A stretch of DNA of 63,838 nucleotides, counting the filler, from Porpidia crustulata (Eukaryota): the NCBI GenBank assembly GCA_964255105.1. It is 6 parts of 6 records of this genome, joined end to end, with 100 filler letters (N's around TTAATTAATTAA, not from the genome) between each part and the next. Parts side by side here need not be neighbours in the genome. Positions count along the whole stretch, not along the records: positions 42,660 to 53,205 come from CAXUWE010000759.1; positions 53,306 to 63,838 come from CAXUWE010000760.1; 4 more parts are not named here. The stretch is one strand, 5' to 3'. The first letter of the stretch is position 1. Each line of letters begins with the position of its first letter. A program made the position numbers and the translations under genes. Positions 45,798-58,319 of this stretch are shown here, piece by piece. The notes beneath the pieces are model-generated. The model made no database searches, was not told the DNA's origin, and saw only the letters and a list, made by a program, of their open reading frames with translations.

Positions 45798-48700
45798 ATG
45801 GCTGGCCCTCCAAGACACCGGCCACTTGCTGAGCTCAGTCCTATGGCGCAGAGAAGAAATTCTCCAAGCTATAATCAAAACGCAAAGGTAAAATCACCAA
45901 ATCACTGCGCACGAAGCGTCAAGAAATTTAACTGACAACCATCGAAGAACCAAGTTCATGGAGCGGACTCATCGCCATTCGATTCCTCGCCCTTCGCTTC
46001 TAATTCTCCACGAATGTACTGGCAAAACCGCGATTCCAGATCCCCTACGCGATTCAATATAGAGAATAGGGCCCCTATAGAGGCACGCGATAGCTCTCCG
46101 TCCCCTGCTAAGCGCTCCTCTATTGAAAATCTCAAACGTGCCTCAAGAGTGAAAAACAGTAGCATGTTTGCGCGGGAACAAAAACAAGAGTACGACCCTA
46201 CCTCAAGTCCGATGATTGAAAGACCCTTGGCATCAGGCAGGCCGCTTGGCGCTCAGGTCCAAGGTAACCTCTACGGAGGCAAAGGCCTCAGTGATTTCCA
46301 TAAAGAAAATACGCTTAATGGCGGCAAACATGCAATTTATAGCGGGTTAAGATCTCCATTGAAAATTGACGCCGCGCCAGAATTGTCTAATACGCCAAGC
46401 AAAGGTCAGGTATCGCCTACGAAGTCTTCGATGTCAAGTAAAAGCCGGTATGCGCAGGCCCACGCCTTCGATCCTGAGAACGGCATTTGGTCAGACGATG
46501 AAGAGTCGTTTGCTGAGCGCGAGTTGCCTCCTGGAAAGTCCTTACATCGTCATGCCAAGAGTGTAACGTTTGATGCCGCTCCACCGCAGGTCAATGAATA
46601 TGAAATGACAACTCCAGATCCCTCATCAGTCGCCTCAGGATCCCGTGAGGGAAGCTATGAATCTGTAGAAAATGAAGAAGATGAGAGCTTTGATCGTGAC
46701 TCTTCAATGGATCGTGATGATAGCTTTGATGCCTCTCTAGAGGACACTGCCAAGACCCCTGTGGTGCTGCCTGAAGATTGGCGGTTTATGAGTCCTGCAG
46801 CAGCAAATGATGACTTGGTTGCCCACGTCGAAGACCCGTTTGATGGCGAGCAGAGTAGTCCGGCTCCTACTGCAAGACCTTCTTCAGCGGTAGATGCTCG
46901 CGTTTCTCCTACCAGAACCGACTCGACGAATTCAAATGGAGAACGTCGTCCATTGCCACCACTCCCAGGGCTCAATCTACCAACTTTAATAAGACCTCGA
47001 TCCGACTCTAGTGGGAGCCTTTGTGCCACTGCGGAACGCGCTAGCAGTGCTCAGCGCGTTCTTCCATCACCCCCACGACCAGCCTCTATCTCCAAATTGG
47101 AGATCCAAGGCATGGGAGGTTGCTCTATGTCCCTCGAAGACCGTTTGCGCTTAATGATGGTTCAAGATGAAGAGAAATCCAAGAGTCCTGCGGAAGAGCA
47201 ACGAGAGAGACGCCTTCGACGGGGGCAGAGTAAGAGCCCCGACCGTGAATGTGACAGCCAGGATAATGGTATTCAAATCCATGAAGACGAAGTGGAGAAC
47301 GACGATGTAGCGGATCTTGGGGACTATCCACTACCGCCAAGAATCTCAAGAGAATCCATTCTCCGCAAGGTCAAGACCCAACGTGAGCATATGCATGAAG
47401 AAGACTTCGAGTTTTCGTCACCGGCACCCAGTGGAAGCCACGATAGAGGTCCCCTCAGCAACCTTGATCCGGACATTCCAATCCCTTCGCTCGAAACCGA
47501 ACCAGGTCTAGATTATAGTTCCGCAAGTCCAATGATCAAGAAGGAAGATGATGGCGAAGAGAGTGAGGTTGACGTTTACTCGATACCTGATCTTTACAGT
47601 CAGCATCTACAGGCCGAATCTTACATGGATGCCATTGAAGGTCGTGAAGCGCTTGAGGAGCGTCTCAGCCAAGTCGCGAATCAGAAGGAGGATGATGACG
47701 AAAGCCACTATTCTAATGATTCGACGATTGAGGATAAATCTCGCTTTCGACCCAGTGCAATAAACGAAGAGAACATTCCTACTCCGCGAGCAATAAGTCC
47801 TAATCAGGCAGAAAATTTAGTGGAGCGAAAGAGCAGCCACCGAATGTCACTTCCCCAATTTGCATCGATGCTCGGGGAGCATGACCTGAGCTTTGGCATG
47901 GAATCCTTTTTGACTCCTACTCCACCGGTAGATGAAGAGCCAGTGAAAGCTTTCCAGCTCCAAGAGCCTCGAGAAGTCCCAACGCCTCCTGAGTCTTCCA
48001 TGAATAGGTCGAGCCTTGACCGTCCTGTTACACCTGAATCACAGCTTGAGCCTCCACGATTCCCTGGTCAGCTTGATGACCAGGAAGAAGAACCACGGAC
48101 TCCCGACTCTGTCATTCGTCATCCTATTGCGGAGTCCCCCCTTCCCGAATCCCCCAGTGTTCCAGAACCAATCGCGACTATCAAAGCTCCTGGCGCTAAA
48201 TTGAAGACTAGACCATCCATTACGCCCGCCGATATTCGTGCGATGGCCGAGACTAGACGCCAAGTAAGTGGAGGAATGCCCTCCGTGCCATCTATCCCAG
48301 CGCGTCATCAGAATCGTCCATCCGTCGTTATGGAAACGTCATTTGTTGATGGTTTGGATGGTGATGCGCACAGCTCAGAGAACGAGACAAAGTCAGAGGA
48401 AGCCTCAATTCAACATGACATATCGACACAACCAAAGCGGAAGAGCAGTCTCGTTCAGCTTGATATTCCCGTTGAGGGCGGTGATGGTCTAGGGTTCGGC
48501 TTGGACAAGGAATTCGACCGTGTAATTGAGTCGCAAAAGGTGGCGTTCACATTTCTTTCTTATGATGCGGGTGCCCAGCCCAGCTCCCCCAGTTTTGTGG
48601 AGTACCTTGATGGACAAGCATTTGACCTCACTACTGAACGAATTACTGACATGCATGTACGTACACAGAAAGGCTATCTTATGAGACAAAACACAAAGAT

Positions 48701-50492
48701 GGTCGTTGCAAGCAGTGCTTCGCATGACTCTGCGACAGATACAATCGATGCCCAAGAGCCTATCGCAAGGGGTACACGGTCTGCAGGTAGCTCCCCTAGA
48801 AAGGCTAGCCACACCCAGACGTGGACAACGGAGCCGTGGAATGGTAAAGTCAGACGCAAGAGTATTCGACAATCTGGGGGTAGTCCACAAAAGAAGTCGT
48901 CGTCAGGGCCCGCCCCTCCTCTGCCTGGCCAAGCCAGCAATGTTGCAAGCGGTTTAGGAAGCGTTAACGAGGACGAGATGATGCTCAACTCGCAGGAAAT
49001 TGAAGATGGTGCGGAGAGAGGAAGAGTGTTTGTGAAAGTCGTTCGAGTCAAAGACTTGGACTTGCCACTGCCTAGAGGTTTGTCTATTCGTAGATGAGAT
49101 TTTAGATTCGGAGCTAACACCTTTCAGGCGAGCGTTCATACTTCGCCTTGACACTGGACAACGGTTTGCACTGCGTCACTACTGCCTGGTTGGAGCTTGG
49201 CAAAACTGCCCCTATTGGACAGGAATTCGAGCTTGTTGTGCTCAACGACCTAGAATTTCAGCTCACATTACAGACTAAATTAGAGGAGCCTAAAATAAAG
49301 CCAATCATTGAGTCACCCACGAAGCCAACCAAAACGCCAAAGCCGTCAACTTTTAGCCGTGTTTTTGCCTCGCCTCGAAAGCGAAAGGAGCTCGAGATAA
49401 AACAGCAAGAAGAGGCGCAGAGAGCCGACCGCCAGAGACAGCAAGATGCCCAAGCTAGCAGACGTGCTGCTCAGCCTACTGCGTGGGACTTGTTGAACGG
49501 ACTGGTTGCCAAGGACGGTAGCTTTGCACGATCTTATATCTGTCTCAAAGATCACGAGTCGAGCGCCTACGGAAGACCATTTACTGTGGATGTACCGTGC
49601 TTCAATGAGTGGGCGACAGAAGAAATGCAATCTGTTAAGAGTAGGCGCAATGGAACCAGCGGCGGTGTTCAGCGAAAGGCTCCATACCGGATCGGGAAGC
49701 TAGAGCTGCAGCTTTTATTTGTACCCAAGCCAAAGGGAGCTAAGGACGAAGATATGCCAAAGAGCATGAACGCTTGCATTCGTGAGCTAGAGGAAGCCAA
49801 GGCCAAGGCATCCAAGTCGTGGGAGGGTTTCTTGAGCCAGCAAGGTGGCGACTGCCCCGTAAGTAGTCCATAGAATTTATCCCAGAATCCCGCTGACGAT
49901 AACACAGTACTGGCGTCGCCGGTTCTTTACGTTAGATGGTCCTAAACTCACAGCTTATCACGAATCAACACGGCAGCCGCGGGCAACAATCAATCTCGCG
50001 AAAGCCAGTAAGTTGATTGATGACAAGTCTGCGCTGATGCGGAAGGAGACGTCAAGTAAAAGCGGTGGCCGGAGGAAATCAGCTTTTGCCGAAGAGGAAG
50101 AAGGCTATATGTTCGTTGAAGAGGGTTTCCGTGTCCGATTCGCCAACGGCGAAACCATTGACTTCTACGCCGACAGCGCTGCAGAGAAAGACGGGTGGAT
50201 GAAAGTGCTGGCGGACGTTGTGGGGAAAGATGCTGGCAAAGTCAAGAGTTGGACCGACCTTGTACTAGCCAAACATCGGGCAAACGCCTCAAAAGGCGCT
50301 CAGGCACAGCAAGGGCAGATGAAAGCTCCTCCCACCCGATCAGCGCCGCCAACTCCAGCCAAACAACAGTCACCATCGAAACGTCACTCAAACCAGCCAT
50401 TCACACCTGCACCTGCACAAAAAGACTCGAGGCATCCGCCCGTAGGTCAGAGGAGGACGGACGTGTCAAAGGCGAGGTCCATGGTCTTCTAG
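45798..50492 (+). CDS. BUD4: Anillin-like septin/axial landmark protein Bud4 (anillin-homology and PH domains, multi-exon)
   Basis: LHRHAKSVTFDAAPP, GYLMRQNTKMVVASS, GRVFVKVVRVKDLDLPLP, LTLDNGLHCVTT, PH domain WEGFLSQQGGDCP|YWRRRFF..FANGETIDFYADS..KDGWMKVL. ATG 45798. Confidence 0.92.
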
Positions 50493-51515
50493 GTACCTAC
50501 CTCGAAGATGATTTCTTACTTGCCCGAGTATGTACATTCCAGAAACAGTACGGTTTTGCAGGTCTATGTTCTATGTCTCTTCGACCTCTGACAGTACTGG
50601 AGGCTGCAGAGGACCATCACTGCTGGACGGTTCTGTTGATGCTCTTACTTTCGATATGTACAAAGACGCGGCGTGGGGAGGTTCATGTGTTACAGGATGG
50701 CCAGTGGCTGTCGATTTCCCTGTTAATTTACATATTCATCAAATACAAAGACGTTCATATGATTTGCTTCGAGGCGAGTGAAAATGTGACATGCAACAGA
50801 TTGACGGAGGGGAGTAAATGACAACGTATATGCTTCAAAATCAAAGATAGATATACGTATAAAGAGAAGATATCTTTGTCCTCGGTCATCTGATATCAAT
50901 AGGAGGTATCGTTGTTTACAGGTTGAGAAAGAGCAGGGTAACCCCAAATGACCAAAAACGCTTTTGTGTAAGCTACGGTCATCTCACGCTTAGTCAATTA
51001 GAAGTAACAAACTCAATATCGTAGACTGAAGCTATACACACCGCTTGACCCTACATTAAATTCTTAAACAAGCACCTCATCAAGATTTCCATCAAGATAA
51101 TTGAATTCCCCGTCATGACTGGTTCATCAATTGACCAATTGACCAATTGATTGATTGACTGCGGCCTCCCATCAAGCCTAACATCAGGCTTAATGAGAGG
51201 CTAAATGGGGACCTTGATGGAAATTCAGTCGAATGGTCAACCAGTCAGTCATATAATCAATTCGACAGTTAAACAATCAGTCAGTATGGTGAAGGAGTCG
51301 ATGGAGGGCTCAATGTGGATGCAAAAATCATCTTCCATATAGCGATAAGGCTGAGCACGAGACTCGAAGGTGATGGTGGGGCATAAGTTTATATGAATCG
51401 CATCCCTCTCTGCTAGAAATACAATTCGACAAGCTTGCCAGTTGGACAGAGTTTGATCTACAGCACCGTACATGAGGTCGTCGAGCTTGAGCGCGCATAC
51501 AATAGACAGGTATAT

Positions 51516-53205
51516 ATGGCTACAGCAAGCCAATCGCTCAATGCGCTGCTCAAACGCACCACCATCCAAGATCATGCAGAAGTTCTAGAAGCGTGCAACG
51601 CGGGCTTGATGCACTCTAGAGGCGACCTAGATTTACAGCATGCGAAACTTGTTGCACTGCTGAAATTAGATCGGTACGAGGACGCATTACGAGTTTTGGA
51701 AACGAGTGGTGACAGGTTGAAACAAAAGGCGCGCTTTGAGTGGGCATATGCATCATACAAAGTCGGCGACTACAAGCAAGCCACAAGTGTTGCCGGTGAT
51801 GTGACTGGTGAGCGAGGGGCACGGCATGTAGAGGCACAAGCTGTGTGTAGCCTTAGCAAAGAGAAATCATAAGGTCTGCAGCACTGACAAGAACTGTCAG
51901 TCTTACCGACAGGAAGATTTCGCAACGGCTTTTGATCTCTACAAACACCTCGCTGGTACGCAAGCCGCCATAGAAAACGAGGAGAACGACCTGCGTATCA
52001 ATGGTGGGGCTACAGATGCGCAGCTAGAGTGGAAAAGGCAAGGAGACCTTGTGCTGAAGAAGAAGCCGGATAGGGAGGATTTGGAAGCATTCGAGACAGC
52101 TTACAATGCTGCTTGTGGGTCAATCGCGCGAGGAGAATTAGGACAGGGGGAAATTCTGCTGAAGAGGGCCAAAGGTCGGTATTACCAATCTCAACATTAT
52201 ATATGCCGCTCACTCTGTGCTTGCAGATTTATGTAATTCTCTGGATGAGTTGTCAAACGAGGAGAAAGCCGCGGAACTGCTTCCGATTGAAGTCCAGCAA
52301 CTGTATGTACTGATCAGGCTGGGAAAGATTCAAGAAGCAGAGAGACTTGCGTCCGAGATAGGTCTTGAACAGTACGGCAATGTTACTACCCATGTAGTGC
52401 TTATGCTTAGTTGTCTATAGGATTCCAGACTACTCGACAAGACAGATAGCTCAGAACAACAAGCTTGCCTCCATGACTAGCCATGCTAATCCTTATCTTT
52501 CCCATCGACTGTTCAATTCTACGGCAGATTTGGCCCGAACCGATAAGCTCTTCAGTTTTCAAGCCGACAAAATACGACAGAACGGCCTCGCCCTCGACCT
52601 GCTCGCTGCGAAGTCCACAGGCGTCTTCACCTCGACAACAAAATTGTTGGGAGAAAAACTACCTACAACCTCAAGTCATATTAACGGTATCTCCGTATTC
52701 AACGCCGCCGCTCGGGCTCAAAGTCAGCTGGGGAAGTTCGGCTTAAAGAAGATCCTACCTTTGTTGGAGCAAAGACCAACTGATGTTGGCTTGGCGTTAA
52801 CGATTGTGCAACTTTACATACTAACAAACAACCATGGGTCCGCAGTCACCATAATAGAATCCCTGCTAAAGCGCCTAGAGGAATCCTCCCAGTCCACAGA
52901 CCAAGACGTTCGATTCGCCCCTGGCCTCGTCGCCGTCACTGTCTCCCTCCATACCCGCCAAGGCCGTAAAAGCCAAATCAAAACCGAACTTGCAAAAGCA
53001 GCAACCTACTGGCGCCACAAATCAAAACCCCAGCCCCGTCTCCTCCTCGCCGCCGGTCTCTCCCTCCTCGAATCTTCCGGCCCGCAAGATCTTGCCACGG
53101 CCCGCGAACTCTTCACAACCCTCCACTCCCAAGACCCCACCTCCAAATCCTTCACCGCCCGCTACACCCCCGCCCACCCCCACGACACCCCATCCCACGA
53201 CCAGT
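51516..53205 (+). CDS. SRP72: Signal recognition particle subunit Srp72, 3' truncated
   Basis: QHAKLVALLKLDRYEDAL, FEWAYASYKVG, ARHVEAQA|SYRQEDF, ENEENDLRIN, FETAYNAACGSIARG, ELLPIEVQQLYVL. Confidence 0.9.
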
Positions 53206-53305
53206 NNNNNNNNNNNNNNNNNNNNNNNNNNNNNNNNNNNNNNNNNNNNTTAATTAATTAANNNNNNNNNNNNNNNNNNNNNNNNNNNNNNNNNNNNNNN
53301 NNNNN
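53206..53305. other. Artificial contig linker
   Basis: N-TTAATTAATTAA-N, 100 nt. Confidence 0.98.
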
Positions 53306-55688
53306 TAAGATCGGTTTGCTGCTGACCACCTTCGTACGGGTACGGTACACCTAAAATACATTAGATTTATGTTGGACATGGCAAGTGTTGGAGGCATACT
53401 AATTGATCGTTGAAGAGAATCGTACAGTAACCATTTGGTAATTTTTTGCTTTCTTCTTCCGTGATCTCACCAGCCGGTTTTGCTGGTTCATATTCTCGAC
53501 CTTTGCGGTTGCCTTCGCTACCTTTGATGTTTTCGAGCTCGAGATTGACGATTTGGTGAACAACTACACTGCATACTCCACTAGGCCATAGAGGGTCTGG
53601 TGGAGTATGTGCAACAGCATCTGCGAATTCGTTGTCCAGTACACCCTTCTCATCTTGAAGCTCTGGCTTGTCCTGCAATTCTTTGGGTAGATTGCGATCT
53701 TTCCCGTCTGTCCGAAGAGCAGGCCTGAACTTGGGCTTTGAAAAGTATCCAACTTCCCAGTGGAGTTCTCCCGGCATTTCACTGTCAGCGTCCAAGCCCT
53801 TGAGCTTTGATACCTGGGGATACATTTTGCCTGGATGCTGTATCATCTTCTGCATCGAGAGTTCGACTTTACCGACAATATCATCAGCGCTGGAACGATC
53901 GGAGTCCCATAACTCGATACTGAGTTGTTCGTCGGCCTTAATCAATGCAGGGGTCACAAGCAATCTGCTTTAGCTTAGCATATCCTCTTCCATGAGGATG
54001 CAAAGCAACTTACGCCGCAGTTTCTTCCCAAATGGGGTTGAGATCGTCAGTAATCACCCGAGTGCAGTACATGGGTTTCCCGTATTTTGAAAACGACAAG
54101 GTGATATATGGATCAGAGCCGCCACCTTTGCTGCCACGTCTGTCTTGTTTACTTAAGCCTCGAGCTCTGTGGATTCTGATCCACATGACGCCAAGCGCCA
54201 ATACTTCTTTTTGGATGTCATCACCCTTGAGCATTGCGCCGAGGTCTAGGGACATGGACTTGGGCGCCACATACATGCTCGCCGCAGCTGCAATTGCATA
54301 GTTGACGAAATTTGAAATCAGCGGAAGGTTTAATATATTGATGCCTTTTTGGACCATGGGGATACACCCAGCTTGGACTTGAGGTAGACCCATCAATGTG
54401 AAAGTCAGATTCTTGAGAAATGGCGGTTCGGGACTCATTTGGAGACGCATTCTGACCGTGCCAACCAGACCTTGTAGTTCCACAAAGATTGGTAGAGGGA
54501 CACCAAAGAGACCCTTTATGCCCAAATAGAATACTAGCTGCATATGCATGTTCGCTGCCTTCGACGAAGCTTCTGCGCCACTAGGTTTGGCATGGTATGC
54601 AAATGATGCCTCGATGTTGTAGTAGTCGCCTCCCTCCTCGTCAGCGGCCGCCTCCTGAGGGTCCTTGTTCTTTTTATTCTCCTCGTGAATGCTATCTTTC
54701 AATTCTTTGACATGTGTGTCCGGCAAAGCACGAAGGCTAAGAATGCGAATGGGGTTGGTACCCTGATTTATTTCCGCTACTCTGACATTTTCAATCACCC
54801 CCGGAACAGATGCTGCCATTATATCCTCGAGCATATCGGCCACAGAGGCAAACATGTCCGGATCAATGAGTCCCCAGACAATGCCAAGCAATTTGTTCAT
54901 CCACTCAACGGACTCTGGTAGGAGATTTGCAACGGCCGTTTCACCCCGGGACTGTTCACTTGACCATTCCACATCTCGACCACTGCGCACGACTTCCTTC
55001 ATCCACAGCCAGATACCGGAAGTGATGCAGGCAGCGGTTGGGATAAGGCCTTTCAGGGAGCCCCCAAACATTTTGCCAAGAATAACAATTGCAAGAAAGA
55101 CACCGATGCAGAGACCGCCTGCTCGAGTCTCCAAGGATGCGAACATGGGTTCATAGCTGACGGAAGGGGTTGGGTGGAACAATATATTTGTCTTCTCTCC
55201 ATGGATGGGGACATCTGATGTGGATCCTTCCGCGACTGGGTCTGGTGGTGCTGTAATATCCTGGTTTCGTGCGTATTCAGGATTGGATTGGGTTGGGTCG
55301 GTCTTGACGGTGGTAGATTTCCCTAGGTTGGCATTGGGAACTGAGAGCTGGGGGTCCTCGGCAGCTTTCATGAAATCCTTATTGACGTCTTCAATTTGGA
55401 CCTGCTGTCCCGTTGTTGGATCCGTGACTGTCTTAAGGGAGCCTTCTTTGCCCGCTTTCGTCTCTTGATGAGGCTTGACATCGCTTTGACCTGACTGCTC
55501 CACTTTGCGTCGTGCTTCGAGTCTCTGATCTCTTTCGCGCTTATCTTTGTCTAGATTCTGAATGAACGTCTTGATATCTGGAATTTTGTTTGTTCCTACA
55601 AGATGGTCAGCCCTGATTAGTTATTCGTCCTTCAATCTCCCTTACCACTGTAATGTTGTCCAGGGGCATGCTGCTGCTGCTCGGCCAT
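53306..55688 (-). CDS. SMP/C2-domain membrane-contact protein (Mug190/tricalbin-like), 3' truncated
   Basis: Two TM helices, PESVEWMNKLL SMP start, C2 motifs GGGSDPYITLSFSKYGKPMYCTRVITDDLNPIWEE and LWDSDRSSADDIVGKV. ATG 55688 (MAEQQQHAPGQHYSG). Confidence 0.88.
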
Positions 55689-55999
55689 CTTGGTGGGCCC
55701 AAGGTTTTCGATGTCCAGTGAGAGCAGTCGAGTAAGCTACTTCACCTTAGCCAGCAGCTTTCAGTCTCATGAAGTATGAAGCATTGAACAGGTTTTCCCG
55801 GCTGAAAGATCGCCAATCGCAAGTACCTTTTCTCAAGCTTGTATAATTCCCAGATGCCTGCAATTAGGAGACCGAAGGGACTAAACCGACTAGTCGCCTA
55901 CCCAGAAGCGGTAGGATGACATCACAGGACTTGCCCACTTTCCTCACATGCGCTTCTCACTAAGGCATCTACTTTGCGATATAAGGTATCTATCCATGG

Positions 56000-57472
56000 A
56001 TGGCGAACAATACTAAGGCCTTCGTGAATGGTCGGCTGTGTATAAAGGGAGAAGAAATACGAAGATCAGTCTTCGTTGACCAAGATAGTGGCTTGATTGT
56101 CAGCGAACCCAAGGAAGGGCCGTCGGAGACAGTTGACTTGAATGGCCGCTTCCTTGCCCCTAGCTTTTTGGAATTGCAGACCAATGGTTGCTTAGGCGTA
56201 CATTTCACCAATTATGAAGATTCTCATATCTACCAGGACAATCTCAAAAGGATTTCTCAACATCTTACTACACAAGGAGTGGGTGGCTTCTATGTTACCC
56301 TTCCAACTGTTAGCTCCCACGTCTTCAAAAAGGTAGTGATCCAGCCTTTCATCAATATATTGATAGCTCTACATTCAGAGGTGGAAATTCTCCTCTAGAC
56401 CGTTTGTCTTTATCTGTAGATGCATCAGCGGGATGCAGAGATTTCCTTCCTATCCAATTTTGAACATTCTACGTTTCTAAGTCGTTCTTTTTGTATCACT
56501 AAATGATCAAGCGACTATGATTAATTTAGGCAACTAGCAGACCAAATAGTCGCTGAATCATCGTTCAGGTCTTGCCTGAGTTAAAGCCCAAAGACTTTCA
56601 CGGCGCAGCTGACTTGCTTGGTGCTCACTGCGAAGGACCTTGGCTGAATCCGACGAAGAAAGGAGCTCATGGTACCCTTCACCGGCTTTCCGGGAAGGCT
56701 CCGGGCAATCTTGCTAATCAGTGTAGATGCATCACTTATGCAAAATCCCGCTGACTCCACTGCGAAGGAGATATACGGAGGCCCCGAGAACCTTTCGGTG
56801 ATCAAACTAGTCACTATGGCCCCCGAGCTCGAAGGCTCGATGCCACTTATAAAGACGCTCACGAAGCAGCATGGCATCGTTGTATCTCTCGGGCACTCCA
56901 GCTCAGACTTTGATACCGGTATCCTGGGCCTTGAAGCCGGTGCAAGAACCCTAACGCATGTTTTCAATGCCATGAATCCACTGCACCACCGGACACCAGG
57001 TCTTGCAGGCTTGATAGCATCACCATCAACCCCTTTCTACTCTTTGATCGCAGATGGCATCCATCTTCATCCGGCAACATTGACGGTAGCCTTTCGCTCA
57101 AACCCAGAGAAATGTATATTGATCACGGATTCTATTGAAATGGCGGGCATGCCCGATGGGGTTTACCCTGGCCACGCGCAGATACCTCATCCGCAGCGAA
57201 AGCAGGGGAACAAAATCACCATTGACGGAACCGATACCTTGATTGGGTCTTGTAGCAGCATCGATGACTGCGTTCGCAATCTCAAGAGGTGGAGCGGATG
57301 CAGCTTGCCGGAAGCAGTCCGTTGCGCATCAGAGAACATTGCCGACTTGATGAATATATCGGACAGGGGAGTGTTGGAAGCGGGACGGAGAGCCGATTTC
57401 GTAATTTTGAGTGACGACGGAGAAGTTCTTCAGACCTGGAAAAAGGGAGTGCAAGTATTTGAGCGAAGCTGA
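56000..57472 (+). CDS. nagA: N-acetylglucosamine-6-phosphate deacetylase (3 exons)
   Basis: DLNGRFLAPSFLELQTNGC, LGAHCEGPWLNPTKKGAH, VTMAPE, SLGHS, THVFNAM, IADGIHLHP, LITDS, GRRADFV. Introns 56333-56568 and about 56672-56726. Confidence 0.95.
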
Positions 57473-57768
57473 TTAGTGCTATAATTATCAAAATACACCG
57501 AAACGGGAGTCTGTAGATATTTGGGCTTTCCCAGACTTTCCCCTTAGAGCTCATAATTAAGCATACATGCAACAGCATTACCTTTCTAACAACCGCATCA
57601 TCTTCTCGTTTTGTGTATGATCAACAACGGTACCCAGAGCTCCTCGATATTCCAGCTGCATACTCGTTCTTGCACCTCATTGGAGCACAGCCGATTTTGA
57701 GATACTTTGCGAGCAGGTTTTGTGGGTGGGATGATCTGGACTTCTGGCACGGGATGCGGAACTTGGCG

Positions 57769-57906
57769 GCGGGGGAGAGATGTAGGTAGTTGCATACGAG
57801 TAGGGGGCGGGTAGGCGATCCTTTTGACCGTCGGATTTTACCCCACACGACCCAATCCTAGTACAGTAATCCCGCAGTCATGGTGGGGCAATCTTGAGCA
57901 CTGGGG
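57769..57906. promoter_or_regulatory. Cluster of CreA/Cre1-type SYGGRG sites upstream of acetyl-CoA synthetase
   Basis: GCGGGG 57769, CCCCAC 57841, GTGGGG 57883, CTGGGG 57901, 400-550 bp upstream of the ATG. Carbon-catabolite repression of facA is established in Aspergillus. Confidence 0.45.
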
Positions 57907-58319
57907 AGTGTTACGCCAGAGCCTGGCTTGTGTGGTACCAGCCAAATCTACCTACCCTACTTTACCCATCGAAAGATAGGAGGCCAGTACTAAGTAAGTG
58001 ATTGATTGCCCAGCCTCCAAGTCAGGAGATCCAGAAGTCCGATTAGCTAGTCTCTCGGAATGGAATTATTATTGCTGGGCCATGTTACCGTCATTAGCCC
58101 TTCAAGTCAATTGACTGTTGTCCCATATAGTCAACACCCATTCAGTTCGTGACTTGCACATAGCTTTCATTCTTCCTTGTAGTGACAGATCAATTACACG
58201 GCTGTCGCTCCAAAAATCTATTCCTTTGCCCCAAAATCTGGTCCATTGACCTACGTGATCGCATCTGTGACGTTCTCCCCCTCCGGAGGCTCATACAACG
58301 CACGAGGAACACCGCAATC

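Noticed and set aside
51125..51160. CAATTGAC x3 / TTGA short repeats between BUD4 and SRP72
   Set aside because: Too short and low-complexity to support a function.
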